From the human T2T-CHM13v2.0 reference genome, Homo sapiens, in NCBI RefSeq assembly GCF_009914755.1, contig NC_060929.1: a stretch of DNA of 64,000 bases. One strand, written 5' to 3'. A program made the position numbers and the translations under genes. Positions within the stretch are counted from its first letter, which is position 1; each line of letters begins with the position of its first letter. Shown here piece after piece: positions 1 through 16,271 of the stretch. Under the pieces are notes generated by a model. That model searched no databases, was not told the origin of the DNA, and saw only the letters and a list, made by a program, of their open reading frames with translations.

Positions 1-1068
<1,068 letters not shown>

Positions 1069-1891
1069 TCATCATGCAAACATAATTTCCCCAAGATCAT
1101 GGTTTCTTCTTGTCAGAGTCATTGGTTGTTTGCCAGGCAAGCTCAACTTTGCCAGACACACAACTGCGGCGGGTGGGAGAATGTAGCTTCAGGGCCTCCC
1201 CTCCTGCCCTGACAGGCCTGATTGTTTACTCCCAGGAATTTGCATTACTTGGATTTGGAATCCCTGTCGGTAGGCCTCTCTGACAGCATACCCTAAGCAT
1301 CTGCCATCAGGGCAGGATGATGTCATGATGAAGGGCCCGGACTCCGGAGCCAGGCAGAGCTAAGTTCAAATCCAGACTCCTCCACTTACTTGCTGTGTGA
1401 TCTTGGCTGAGGCACTTAGTCTCCCTAAGCAAGCCTCAGTTTTCTCATCTGCAAAACAGGACTAATAATAATAATAATCTTGCCTGCTTCATAGCATGTT
1501 GTGAAGATTGATTAAGAGAATGCAGCCAGGCGCAGTGGCTCACACCTGTAATCCCAGCACTTTGGGAGGCCGAGGCAGGTGGATCATGAGGTCAGGAGTT
1601 CGAGACCAGCCTGGCCAATATGGTGAAACCCCGTCTCTACTAAAAATGCAAAAAACTAGCCAGCATGATAGCAGGTGCCTGTACTCCTCGCTACTCGGGA
1701 GGCTGAAGGGGAGAATCTCGCTTGAACCCGGGAGGCGAAGGTTGCAGTGAACCAAGATAGTGCCATTGCACTCCAGCCTGGGTGACAGAGCGAAACTCTG
1801 TCTCGGAAAAAAAAAAAAAAAAAAAGAGAATGCATGTAAAACACTCGGCATAGTACCTACCTCAATAAATGTTTGGCATTAATATCTAAGG

Positions 1892-2502
<611 letters not shown>

Positions 2503-2785
2503 TGGTGCTAATTCTAGTGGGTTTTATTGTTGTTTTCAGTGGGGGGGAGGAGATCTGGTTTGGTTTGGGAGCATTTGAATTCCACTGGCTGCACCTTTCT
2601 CTTTTACATGGCATCTGAGGTGCAAGGGCTCTTCAGAGATCACAGAGATGCAATCTCCTTTTTGTAAAGATGAGGAAACGGAGGCACATAAGAAATGGAT
2701 AGGCTGAGGGCCACTGAACCAGGGGTGGCAGAACCCAGATCAGAACTAAGACAGCAAGGCAGCACGCGGCTTCCTGTCAGAACAA

Positions 2786-2804
2786 TGCTGCCACCTGGTG
2801 GCCA
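2786..2804 (-). promoter_or_regulatory. CTCF consensus motif (reverse orientation)
   Basis: Minus strand TGGCCACCAGGTGGCAGCA, essentially the CTCF core consensus, in unique sequence. Confidence 0.7.
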
Positions 2805-3268
2805 CCTATATATGACTGATGTAAGCTCCCACGGCAACGGGGCTCCCTTCAGGGGCAGGACTCTGCTACCGTGTACTTCCCAGCCCTCTGAAGAGATGCT
2901 GAGACAGGGCGGGTCCTCCTCCTCCTCGACTTCCTTGGTAGCCTGATTGCACTGAGCCCCAGCCTGCTAGAAGTGAAAGAGTGTGGCGATTAAGGGCACG
3001 GTCTGTGGTTATAGACAAGCGTATGTAAGTTTGAATCCTTGCTCCTGCCCCTTTCCAGCTGTGTGCCCCTGGACGAGTCACTTAACCTCTCTGACCCTCA
3101 GTTTCCTCACATGTTAAATTTTGATAATAACAGTACTTACCTCAAAGCGACTGAATGAGGTAATACTTGTAATATGAGTCATAAATATTTATATGATACC
3201 AGGTACGCATTGTCTCAGGTGCTGGGACAGCAGTGACCTGAACGGAAAAGTCCAGTAGTCACCAAGCC

Positions 3269-3547
3269 CAGTGGTTCTCAAAATGTGGTCTCTGAACCAT
3301 CAACATCAGCACTACTTGGGAACTTAGAAATACAAATCTTCAGACCGGGTGCGGTGGCTCATGCCTATAATCCCGGCATTTTGGAGGCTGGGTTGGGTAA
3401 TCAATTGAGCCCTGGAGTTCAAGACCAGTGAGGGCAACATAGCAAGACCCCACCTCTAAATAAAGAAAAAGAAAGAAAGATGGAAGGAAGGAAGGAAGGA
3501 AGGAAGGAAGGAAGGAAGGAAGAGAAAGAAAGAAAGAAAGAGAAAAA

Positions 3548-3603
<56 letters not shown>

Positions 3604-3785
3604 AAAAGAAAGAAAAGAAAGGAAGGAAGGAGGGAGGGAAGGAAAGAGGCAGGCAGGGAGGGAAGGAAGGAAGGAGAAAGAAAGAAGGAAAGAAAAAGAA
3701 AAAGGAAAGAAAGAAAGAAAAAGAAAGAAAGAAAAGAGAAAGAAAGGAAAGAAAGAAAAGAAGGAAGAAGGCAGGGAGGAAGGGA

Positions 3786-3819
<34 letters not shown>

Positions 3820-3913
3820 ATATTCAGGCCTCCATCCCAGATCTACTGAATCAGAAACTCGGGGTGGGAGCCCAGCAATCTGAATCTGATGCATACTTGT
3901 TTGAGAACCACTG
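3269..3913 (+). mobile_element. MER5A interrupted by an Alu monomer and a purine microsatellite
   Basis: TIRs CAGTGGTTCTCAAA ... TTTGAGAACCACTG. Internal catcagca...gggaactt and ctactgaatcagaaact motifs. Confidence 0.8.
3460..3820 (+). repeat. Compound purine microsatellite (GGAA)n/(GAAA)n/(GGCA)n derived from an Alu A-tail
   Basis: About 360 bp that is nearly all purine on the + strand. Confidence 0.97.
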
Positions 3914-4423
3914 ACTTGGTGATATAGATGTTAATACCAAGTTGGGCTAAGATCTACACATTTGGCCGCATACATGGATAAATAGCTTGAGAATGATGGG
4001 CAGAGGTGAGGGATGCTAATGGATCTGTGATGTCAGGGAAGTTTGTCTGATAAGGCGACAGTTTCCAGCAGAGATCTAAAAGTGAGTATCTAGAGGAAAG
4101 AGAAGAAGGTCATGCCATCTCCTCTTCAAGACTCTCCCTGTAGACTGTAGACTGCATTCATGACTCTGCTTACTTCTCACTGGCCACAACTTAGTTGTGT
4201 GAGTGACACTTAGCTGCCTGGGAGGGGGCTGGAAACTGTACTGTTTATTCCTTGTTTCTCTTAATTCTATGTTTCTTCTTTTTTTTCTATTTTAATATTG
4301 CTCAGACCATCCTCCATAAAATGTCATCTTCATTCTGATCAGCCATACACGCAGCTAAAAATTGAGATTCCTATTTCCAATAGAAGATGAAGAGAAAGCA
4401 TACTGGGACACAATTATCTCTGC

Positions 4424-4704
4424 CACATGGTGGTTGAGTCCTTGAAATGTGGCAAGTCCAAATGGAAGTGTGCTATAAGTGTAAATGTACAATGAATCTC
4501 AAACTTACCACAAAAAAACAGTAAAACATCTTATTAATAATTTTTATTTTGATTATATGTTGAAGTGAAAATATTTTGGACATATTGGGTTAAATGAAAT
4601 ATATTATTAAAATTAATGTCACTTTTTGGTACTTTATTAATATGGCTACTAGAAAATTTGAAATTACATATGTGGTTCACTTTTGTGGCTTACGTTGTAT
4701 TTCT
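4424..4704 (+). mobile_element. Second MER33 copy (5'-truncated), part of a local duplication
   Basis: Near-colinear with 1923-2502 once the Alu is removed. Confidence 0.8.
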
Positions 4705-5109
4705 TTGGTGCTAATTCTAGTGGGTTTTATTGTTGTTTTCAGTAAGGGAGAAGAGAGATGGTATGTTTGGTTTGGGAGCATTTGAATTTCACTGCTTGCA
4801 CCTTTCTCTTTTATGTGTTTCTGATATAACTAGCCTTTGGAAGTCTTTTACACGTGTATGCCTCCAGTGATGGAGAGATCACTATCTCATGAAGCAGTTT
4901 AAATCTCTGAGCAGCTCTTTTAGAAAACTCCTTTTTAGGCCAGGCGCAGGGCTCACGCCTGTAATCCCAGCACTTTGGAAGGCCGAGGCAGGCAGATCAC
5001 CTGAGGTCAGGAATTCGAGACCAGCCTGGCCAATATAATGAAACCTCATCTCTACTAAAAATACAAAAATTAGTCGGGTGTGGTGTCAGGTGCCTGTTAA
5101 TCCCAGCTA

Positions 5110-5253
<144 letters not shown>

Positions 5254-5796
5254 TTAGGCCAGGGATAGTGGCTCACAACTGTAATCCCAGTACTTTGGGA
5301 AGCCAAAGTGGGATGATTGCTTGACCCCAGGAGTTCGAGACCAGCCTGGGCAACATTGTGAGACCCTATCTCTACAAAAAGTGGGGAAAAAATTAGTTGG
5401 GAATGGTGATGCACACCTGTAGTCCCAGCTACTCAGCAGGCTGAGGTGGGAGGACTGCTTGACCCTGGGAGGTGGAGGCTGCAGTGAGCTACAATCACAC
5501 TACTGCACTCCAGTCTGGGCAGAGGTCTTGTCTTCAAAAAAAATAAACATAAATAAAGAAGGGAAGAAAGAAAAAGAAAAGAAGGAAGGAAGAAAGGAAG
5601 GAAGGAAGGAAGGAAGGAAGGAAGGAAGGAGACCCCTGTTTATTTGATGTCAAGTCTACCTCTCTACAACTCCTTCCCTAGCCAACTTCTACCATCGTAG
5701 GACCACACATAACGACACTGCTGCCTCTTCCCTGAGACAGAACTTTACCTATTTGAAATCCCTTATACGTTTTCCTTTTTGGCCCATTTAAAGTAA

Positions 5797-6174
<378 letters not shown>

Positions 6175-6890
6175 TGAGTAGCTGGGACTATAGGCACGCG
6201 CCACCAGGCCCAGCTAATTTTTGTATTTTTAGCAGAGATGGGGTTTCACCATGTTGGTTAGGCTGGTCTCAAACTCCTGACCTCGTGATCCGCCCCCCTC
6301 GGCCTCCCAAAGTGCTGAGATTACAGGCGTGAGCCACTTCACCTGGCCAGTAACTCTTCTTGCAGCTGGCTCTAATCTGCCATTTAACCTATCCACTGAG
6401 CATTTCATTTCATTGATCATACGTGTTTTTCTTTCTGAGGGTTTTCTCTGGTTCCATTTTGAATATACATGATTTTTTTAATAGGTTTTGTCCACTCTTT
6501 TTGTTCCATTGCATATTTCTTTCAACATTTCATATGTAGTTATATTCTAATTCTAATATCATCAGAAGTCTTTTGGGTATCTAAATCTGTTTGTTGTTTC
6601 TGCTGCCTCTCATTCTGGTGGTTTATTTGCGTGTGTGTTGATTTTTTTCTATGAGCTCTGAGAGGGCAGGGAGTGGGCCCATATTTGGTTTTACCTAATG
6701 TGTGGGAAACTGGAGGGATTCCGTTGTCAAGGGCTTTACTCAGAGAGGATGTGCTTTAACTTCTGCGAAGAGCTCAAGGACACTCCTACCTGGGCTCGTG
6801 CTAGCCCAGAAATCAGAGTATTTAGGGCTTAATGTGAATGTCAAGTTCAGCTCCCTCACTTTGTTTGGGGTTGGGGATGGGGAGTGATAG

Positions 6891-7160
<270 letters not shown>

Positions 7161-9019
7161 TAGACTTTGGCGGTGCGGGGGTGAGTAGGCTGTTGTGATA
7201 GAGGGTGACCAGTGGTACCATGGGGGAATAGAGGTGTTATGAGAATTCAGTGGAGAGGTACCTTGAAGGCATCCAGGAAGATACCTTTTGATCTCAAACT
7301 TCTGACGTCAGGTGATCCACCCGCCTCGGCCTCCCAAAGTGCTGGAATTACAGGTGTCAGCCACTGCGCCTAGCCTCCAGGAAGATACTTTTGAGACAGT
7401 GATGAAAAATTGATTCCAGGCCAGGCACGGTGGCTCATGCCTGTAAATCCCAGCACTTTGGGAGGCCAAGGCAGGAGGGTCACTTGAGTCCAGGAGTTCG
7501 AGACCAGCCTGGGCGGCACAGGGAGACCCAGTCTCTACAAAAAATTTAAAAATAGGTGGGTGTGGTGATGCACACTTGTAGTCCCAGCTACTCAGGAGGC
7601 TGAGGCGGAGGAGGATCACTTGAACCCAGGAGGTCAAGGCTGCAGTGAGCCGTGATTGTGCCACTGCACTCCAGCCTGGGCAACAGAGTGAGACCCAGTC
7701 TCAAAAACAACAACAAAAAAAAACAAAACAGATTCTAACAGGTAAGCAGATGATAGTGAGGCCAAGTTGGGGAGAGTAGATGCTCCATGAGCCAAGCTGG
7801 GAAGGAAGACACAGAGGAGAGGCTGAAAGCATGAGAAGGCATGGAGGAGGGGAGAACTGAGGGAAACAGGCTTGGCTTGGGCAGAGTGAGAGGAGGGCGG
7901 AGGATGGGGTGGGGCCAGCTAAAACACAGGAGATTCACTGAGGAGATTGGATCCTATTCTAAAGACAACAGGGAGGGCAGTGATAAAACAGCAGGGGAGG
8001 GCCAGGCGTGGCGGCTCATGCCTGTAACCCCAGCACTTTGGGAAGCCGAGGCAGGCGGATCACCTGAGGTTAGGAGTTTGAGACCTGCCTGGCCAATATG
8101 GTGAAACTCTACAAAAATGAGCCAGGCATGGTGGCGGGCACCTGTAATCCCAGCCACTTGGGAGGCTGAGGCAGGAGAATCTCTCCAACCCAGGAGGCAG
8201 AGATTGCAGTGAGCCTGAGATCATGCCATTGCACTCCACCCTGGGTGACAGAGCGAAACTCCGTCTCAAAGAAAACAGCAGGGAGTGACAGAATCCAGTT
8301 AGTTTTAGATGGCATGTTGCAATGTGGTCTAGAGATAGGCAGAGGCCAGAGGGAAGACTGGGAAACGCTAGGAAGGAAACCTTGGCATGGGAAGGCGGCC
8401 AGAAGGGGAGCAGGGGAGAGGGGCAGCGACTGTCTCTAGAGGTCTGGTTGGGGCTGCAGTCGCAGCTTCAGGCGCCTCTGCTGCAGGCTGCAGTCTCAGG
8501 TGGGCAGCAGCCCAGCCGCCTCTGCGGTCAATAGGCTGCTACGTTCCCACCTGAGCCACACCACAACTTGGCTCTCCTTTCAGGCAAAACCCCCGAAAGG
8601 AACTGCTTTCAAAGACCCGGCTGATTGCATCCCTGGTTACCAGGAAAGAGCAGGACAAGTTACAGTCTCACCACAGGAAATAAAAAGAATGCTCCGGCGA
8701 CTGGCAGCATTTTTCTACCACGATTCCAGCCAGCTGTCCTTTATGCTGCTTGGCACAAGACCTGCACCAGTGTAAGAATAGCAGCAGCTTCTTCAGTGCC
8801 AGGCACTGCGCTAAACACTTTGATCTTGTGTGATTCCATTTGAGGCAGCCATCATCACAGGAGTTTCCACTAAACGGCTGAGAGGTTAAGTACTTTGCCT
8901 AAGGTTGAACGGTCTGAAGCTGTGGAATAGGATTTTCCTCCAGGTGTGTCTGCCTCCTGAGGGTCTGTGCACCACATCCTGCCTTAGACTGCCAGACTGA
9001 CAGTATAAAAGCACCCCTC

Positions 9020-9680
<661 letters not shown>

Positions 9681-9681
9681 T

Positions 9682-9850
9682 ATTTTTTTTGCAAGCTTTT
9701 TTTTTTTATTATACTTTAAGTTTTAGGGTACATGTGCACAACGTGCAGGTTTGTTACATATGTATACATGTGCCATGTTGGTGTGCTGCACCCATTAACT
9801 CGTCATTTAGCATTAGGTATATCTCCTAATGCTATCCCTCCCGCCTCCCC
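9682..9850 (-). mobile_element. Short 5'-truncated L1PA (young primate, roughly L1PA2-4) 3' end
   Basis: ttattatactttaagttttagggtacatgtgcacaacgtgcaggtttgttaca...ctaatgctatccctccc is the reverse L1 3'UTR. 14-bp TSD AGGAGTACTGTTAT at 9668-9681 and 9851-9864. Confidence 0.92.
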
Positions 9851-10786
9851 AGGAGTACTGTTATTTCATCAGGTTAAGATTCAATGTTGTTATTAAAATC
9901 CCTAGCAAGGTTTGGCATGTAACCAACGCCGCCTCATCACAGTAACCCCTTGTCTCAGGACCCATTTATTTGCTTATTCCCTCTGCCTGGAACACGCCAT
10001 CAAAGGCTAAAAGCAGCATCCCAACAGATTTTCCCCTCTTGCTGGTTTCTTTCCTCTACAACTGACTACCTCAATGGTCTCACCTCTCCAGCCTGTGACA
10101 CACAGCATCCTCTCCACTGGGTCTCACTAACCCTACCCAGCCACCAGCCTGTCCTAACCATGGCAGGCACCATCACGGGGCCTTGTGGTAATCCCTTGCA
10201 AAACGCTGAGTACCATCTGGTGTCACTGGGTACTCAGAGCCGCATGCAAGCTTCCGGAAAGCAAGAACTTTTCTTTTTTATCGCTGATGAAAATAGGACT
10301 TGGTGTGTATTTGTGGGGTGACAATCTTTATGTACTTTATGTACTGATGTGGAACAATCTCCAAGATCTGCCAAGTGAAAAAAAGCAAGACGCAGTGGAG
10401 TGAGCTCCCAGCTTTGCACAGAAGGTGTGGGGGGAGAATGCACACCCACGTGTGTTTATATATGGCATGGGTCTGGAAGGCTCCTCTTTCGCTTCAGGCT
10501 ACACTTGGATCAACAGTTCCCACTCTGGCTCTTTAAGAATTGGTCCATATTTAGAACCAGCATCTCCACTCAAAACGAGGTCTCCAACGCCTTGGTCTGC
10601 TTTAGATGACCAAGGCAACTTAATGCCGCAAGTAGCATGGAAAAGACCCCAAATGCAGCACCAGGATCTCAGCTCTCCTCAGGCTCCTTTCTCCCAAGAA
10701 GCCAAATAGGAGGAAGAAATCAAATGCCTGAGTAGCCCCTGATGAAGGAGAGAAGGCTGGAGTTGAAACAGTTTACATGAAGGCAA

Positions 10787-10792
10787 TTTATT
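10787..10792 (-). terminator. RPS14: RPS14 polyadenylation signal AATAAA
   Basis: tttatt on + strand, about 28 nt downstream of the stop codon, giving a short 3'UTR typical of RP genes. Confidence 0.93.
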
Positions 10793-10819
10793 AACAGAAA
10801 ATATTTTGAGGAATCTTGT

Positions 10820-10887
10820 TCACAGACGGCGACCACGGCGACCCCCCTTCCTGCGAGTGCTGTCAGAGGGGATGGGGGTGACATCCT
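10820..10887 (-). CDS. RPS14: RPS14 last coding exon (EDVTPIPSDSTRRKGGRRGRRL*)
   Basis: Acceptor ttcctccccacag|AG at 10888, TGA at 10822-10820. Exon lengths 149+162+77+68 = 456 nt = 151 aa + stop. Confidence 0.99.
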
Positions 10888-11270
10888 CTGTGGGGAGGAA
10901 GAGAAAGCGTCATTGCCTGGAGCTGGATGGGAAGGGCCCCCAGGACTCCCTAGACCAATGGCCTAACCAATCAGCAACAGATCCTGCTGCTCCCCAAATG
11001 ACTCCCCAGTACCTAACAGATGGATGTGAACATGAAGTGGCCCCATCTGCCAGTTCCTCGAATTTCCTGACGTGGTCTTAACTCACTTTCCAGAAAGGGA
11101 AACAGGCTGAGCTGTGCGCAAGATGTCAGAGGCACAGGACAAATCCAGGTTCTGACATCTAGCCCACCGTCTTCTCTAGAGGAAAAAACCCTTTTAGACA
11201 GGGTAACTGCAACTGTCTCGTTTTCATTAAGTAAAAAGACACTGAAAAAAAGTCTGAAAAAATCTTTTAA

Positions 11271-11568
11271 GGCTGGGCGCGGTGGCTCATGCCTGTAATC
11301 CTAGCACTTTGGGCTTTGGGAGACTGAGGCTGGTGGAACGCCTGAGGCCAGGAGTTTGGGACCAACCTGGGCAACATGGTGAAACTCCCCGCTACAAAAA
11401 AAAAAAGCCCGGTGTGGCACACACTGTTGTCCCAGCTACTCAGTAGATGCAGGTGGGAGGATCCTTTGGACAGATCCGCCCACGAGGCGAAATTTACAGT
11501 GAGCTGAGATTGTGCCACTGAATTCCAGCCCACGCAACAGAGCCAGACCCTGTCTCAAGAAAACAAAA
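11271..11568 (+). mobile_element. Diverged Alu (AluJ-like) in RPS14 intron 4, antisense to RPS14
   Basis: ggctgggcgcggtggctcatgcctgtaatc ... A-rich tail. Confidence 0.92.
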
Positions 11569-12142
11569 TCATCCTTCAAGTAGGACACAGTAGGAACTTT
11601 GGCCTGGGGCGTCAGTGTATGTCGCTACTAACTGCACAGAACAATGTGCAGGGAAAGACTACTGTTCCCTTCCTAAGAGCTGTAAGGAGCCAGGAGATCA
11701 CAGGCCTGAGGGTATTAATAACAGAAGCTGGTACCCCCCACTTCATTTTTGGCTGTCACACGACTGGCATGCCCAACTGATATTTAGTAGGCGGAAACCA
11801 AAAATGCTGAACATCCTACAATGCAGGAGATGGTACACACAAAATGCTAATAGCAATGACCTCAAGAATGGAGGAAAGGACAATTCATCTCTTGTCAGTT
11901 TTACCTGCACCAGGCAGTGTAGGACAGAGATTCACAAATGAAACAGGACATTCATATCAAGGTGACAGAGATATTCAGGGAGAGATTTTTAAGTCACAAG
12001 GTGCCTCTTGCAGCCTCCCTTAACAAACTTAACTGCCAAAAGTGACCAGACCAGCCGCTGCACATCCACTGGGCACAGCACGTGCTTTTTGGGGCCAATG
12101 CTTCAAAATAAACCCAAGCATTAGCTAGAGGGGGGCACTTAC

Positions 12143-12219
12143 CAATCCGCCCGATCTTCATACCCGAGCGGGCAAGGGCTCTGAGGGCCGACTGGGCCCC
12201 AGGTCCAGGGGTCTTGGTC
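12143..12219 (-). CDS. RPS14: RPS14 coding exon 4 ([25 protein letters not shown])
   Basis: Acceptor ttttctag|G at 12220, donor ATTG|gtaagt at 12142. 77 nt. PGPG motif of the uS11 family. Confidence 0.99.
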
Positions 12220-12305
12220 CTAGAAAATGAAGGTTTAAGTTAAGAAGAGCCTTTGGCCAAGTCAATGGAAGATCTCCTTTCTAAGATCCCAACACCCCGC
12301 TAGTT

Positions 12306-12690
<385 letters not shown>

Positions 12691-13265
12691 TGTTATGTTC
12701 TGACCACTGTCTGGCTTGTTCACGCAACAGTCATCTATTTCAGCTTTCATGCCCCCATCACTCAAATCCAGGTCCTTCCCCTCTCCTACAGGACTCCACC
12801 TCTTCCCCTCTGACTGCACCTCATGCCACTCTTTCCTTCACAGGTGCCCAGGTTCACCCCCACCTCAAGACCTTTCCCTGCAGTTGTCTCTAGCTGGAAT
12901 ACCCTCCTCCTGTCCTTATTTCACTGGAAGGACTCCGGACTTATCATTTAGACCCTAGTTTAAATTACACTTTATCACCAACTCCTTACTTGTGCTTCCT
13001 GGCATTTGTCACAAATGAAAACCACATACTCCCTGGTGCTCTGTTGTTTAAAGTCTGACTCTCCCACCAGCCTCGGTCCCACACAAGGAGGGTAGAGACC
13101 ATGTCTGTTTCCCCATCACTCTCTTCTAGTACCTGAAACACAGCTCCTAGTATACAGTGGGTGCTCAACACTGAGCTGCTGGGGGGTGTACACAGGAGCC
13201 AATTATTAAGTATGTATATGCCTAAAATATCTTGTTCAAGGTCACAACAAAAAACCCAAACCTCA

Positions 13266-13517
<252 letters not shown>

Positions 13518-14117
13518 TCATTTCTTCCTCGTCCAACAAGGAGTGCTTACGATATCCTAATGAGTGAAGAGCAACACAGCTCAGTCATGGTGGAGGATGA
13601 TGGTCATGGGCTCTGCCCTCATGGAGTTCAGTCCAGTGGGGTTGAATGGCCCAATATAGCTATACTCAGTATTAACATTTTATATATCTACTTTTGCATT
13701 TAATCCTTACCATTACTCCACAAGGTAGACATTACTGTCCTAATTTTACATATGAGGAAACCAAAACTCAGAATCTGAGTGATTTCACACAAGTCACAAC
13801 TTGCTAAATGGCCGTCGAACCCGCACCCAGAGCCCACTTGCAGTCCACTGCTGCTCCTGCAAAGGGAACTAGGGAAAGAAGATAATTCCCAAGAAACCAA
13901 GGATTCAATGACCATCACGCTGTAAGGACGAAGAATGTGTCTCCTCTCTTGTAACCCCTGGGAAATCACAATATTTGTGGGCTAAATGGACAAGCACATT
14001 TTCTTACCTGGACAAAACAGCATTTCTTTAGAGAGAATCCCCTGAACTGCTAGCCCGTCCCAGCCATTGCCTTCCTCAGCCTTTTGCCAGCTGGATGCCT
14101 CTCCACCCAGGTACTCA

Positions 14118-14360
<243 letters not shown>

Positions 14361-16236
14361 TCATGTCCCTGTCTTCTTCCATCCAATACTCTACTGTATT
14401 CTCTCATTTCTGCCTCACTAAAACTTCTTTCTCCTTGCACTTGGGGGGGTATCAACTGTGGCCACATGGCAAAGTACCATGAGAAGTATCCTTTCCCCAG
14501 AAACTACCAACAGCTCAGCTCACAGCACCTACAAGATAGAAGCCTAGGGATCTAGCAGCAGATGCCTGAAGGCTGCACCCCAAAAGGCAAGAAGAAACCC
14601 AAGACCAACAGCTACCCATGTACTGGTACCATTCCTAACACCCTTCATGGGGCGAGGGAGCTGCTTGATTCCTGCATGAACTCCTCAGCTTAGAATTCAA
14701 GGGACCCTTACCAACACAGCCCTCAAGCCTCTCATCTCCTGTTTTCCTGTGCTCCACCTGATCCCTTCAAAATGTTCAAAAATGCAACTGATTTGACTCC
14801 CACAACTATTTAGAACTAAATCTTTGTCACCAACATCAAATATCAAAGGCACTAAAATATATCCAAAAGGCAGGCTAATGGAAAAGACCCATCTCAGAAA
14901 TCTGATGGGTCCTGAGACTAAATAACTCTAACCTATTATGACCTTCATAATAATTGCAATCATACTGTCACAAGATCTAAGGGAGAGAGAAACTGACAGG
15001 AGGAAGGCGGGTGAGAATGAATGAGAAAGTGGAAGGCTAGGATAAGACTGCTTCCGGCCTAAAGCCCCAGGCCTTCTGAACCTCCTGGTGTTCAGAACAA
15101 TTTAACATTTTCAGAAGACACTAACACTAATCGATATCCTGCAGATGGTGAAGATAGAGAGTGTCTCAGCCTATGGTCACAGTAAAGACAGTGGCAAAAC
15201 CAAACATAGAAACAACGTGTCCTGACTCCCAGCCCAGCACTCTCTGCCTCCTGCCAAGATGCCTCTACACCACAAATAACTACCCTAGTCTGTCTCAGGT
15301 GTTCCTAGATCTCTCCTCTGCCTTCCCTATATAAACTTTAGTTAAGTGTGTGACCACAGTAAGTACTTCAAGTGTAAGTCTTGGGTGTACGAAGTTAAAT
15401 GTTCCTATCTTCAAATCAGACCAATGAGCACGACCCAGTGCGTTAACTATTGTAAGGAACGCGCCACAGGAGAGAAGCCCAAAGTTCTGCCTCGAGAAGC
15501 ATAGAAAGGCTCCAGCATATCTCAAATACGTAAGCATGAGTATGTTTCGGCATGATGGCCATTCAGTAAATGCCAATTTGCAGTTTCTCCGTTCCTAACA
15601 TCCCCTAAAGTAACGAGCAGAGTGGTCATCAGGAGTATATAAACGCAGGGCAAGCGCACAGCAAACATTGGTGCTGGGCCCTGAGCGCCCAGAACTTGCA
15701 ACGTGCCCGACTCAGCAACGGAAAGAATCGCCCAGATTTAGAAGCATCCAACATAGTGCGAGAGTTTTCCCTGCTTTCCTTCTTTGAATGATCACTACAA
15801 ACCCATGGGATCGGTGCTATTGTTATTCCTATTTTGCAAACGAGGAAACAAACGAGATTAGGCGTGGGCCTGCGATCACCAAGAAAAAAGTTTGGCGAGG
15901 TAGAGGCGGGAGCCCACGTCTGTCCCGGGTTCCCTCAACTACGCTGTGCAGCTCAAACGCGGCCGTGGCCGTGGCCGTATTGCGGGGCCGAGGCCTTAAA
16001 AGGCTGGACCCGCACTCACCCTTACTTCACAAGCTCCTCCCTGAAAGCAAAACGGGCCTTCTGAGACCAGGAACGAACTCAATCCCGAGTTGGCCAGGAT
16101 CCAGGTGGGCCAGCCGCGCGTCTCTTGCCCGGCACCTAGCTCGGTTCCCACGGAAAGACCCCCGTCTCTCGTCCCAAGCCCCACAGGGTCCCCTCGCCGC
16201 AGGATGCCCCCCGATTGTCGCGCCCGGGCCTCCTAC

Positions 16237-16271
16237 CTGCACGTCGTCTCCAGACTCCACACCGGAAAGAG
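16237..16271 (-). other. RPS14: RPS14 non-coding exon 1 with 5' terminal oligopyrimidine (TCT/TOP) start
   Basis: Minus strand CTCTTTCCGGTGTGGAGTCTGGAGACGACGTGCAG|gtagga. CTCTTTCC is the typical ribosomal-protein TCT initiator. The exact TSS may vary by a few nt. Confidence 0.93.

Noticed and set aside
3340-3914. 184-aa Phe/Leu/Ser and 144-aa Lys/Glu/Arg ORFs
   Set aside because: Translations of the purine microsatellite.
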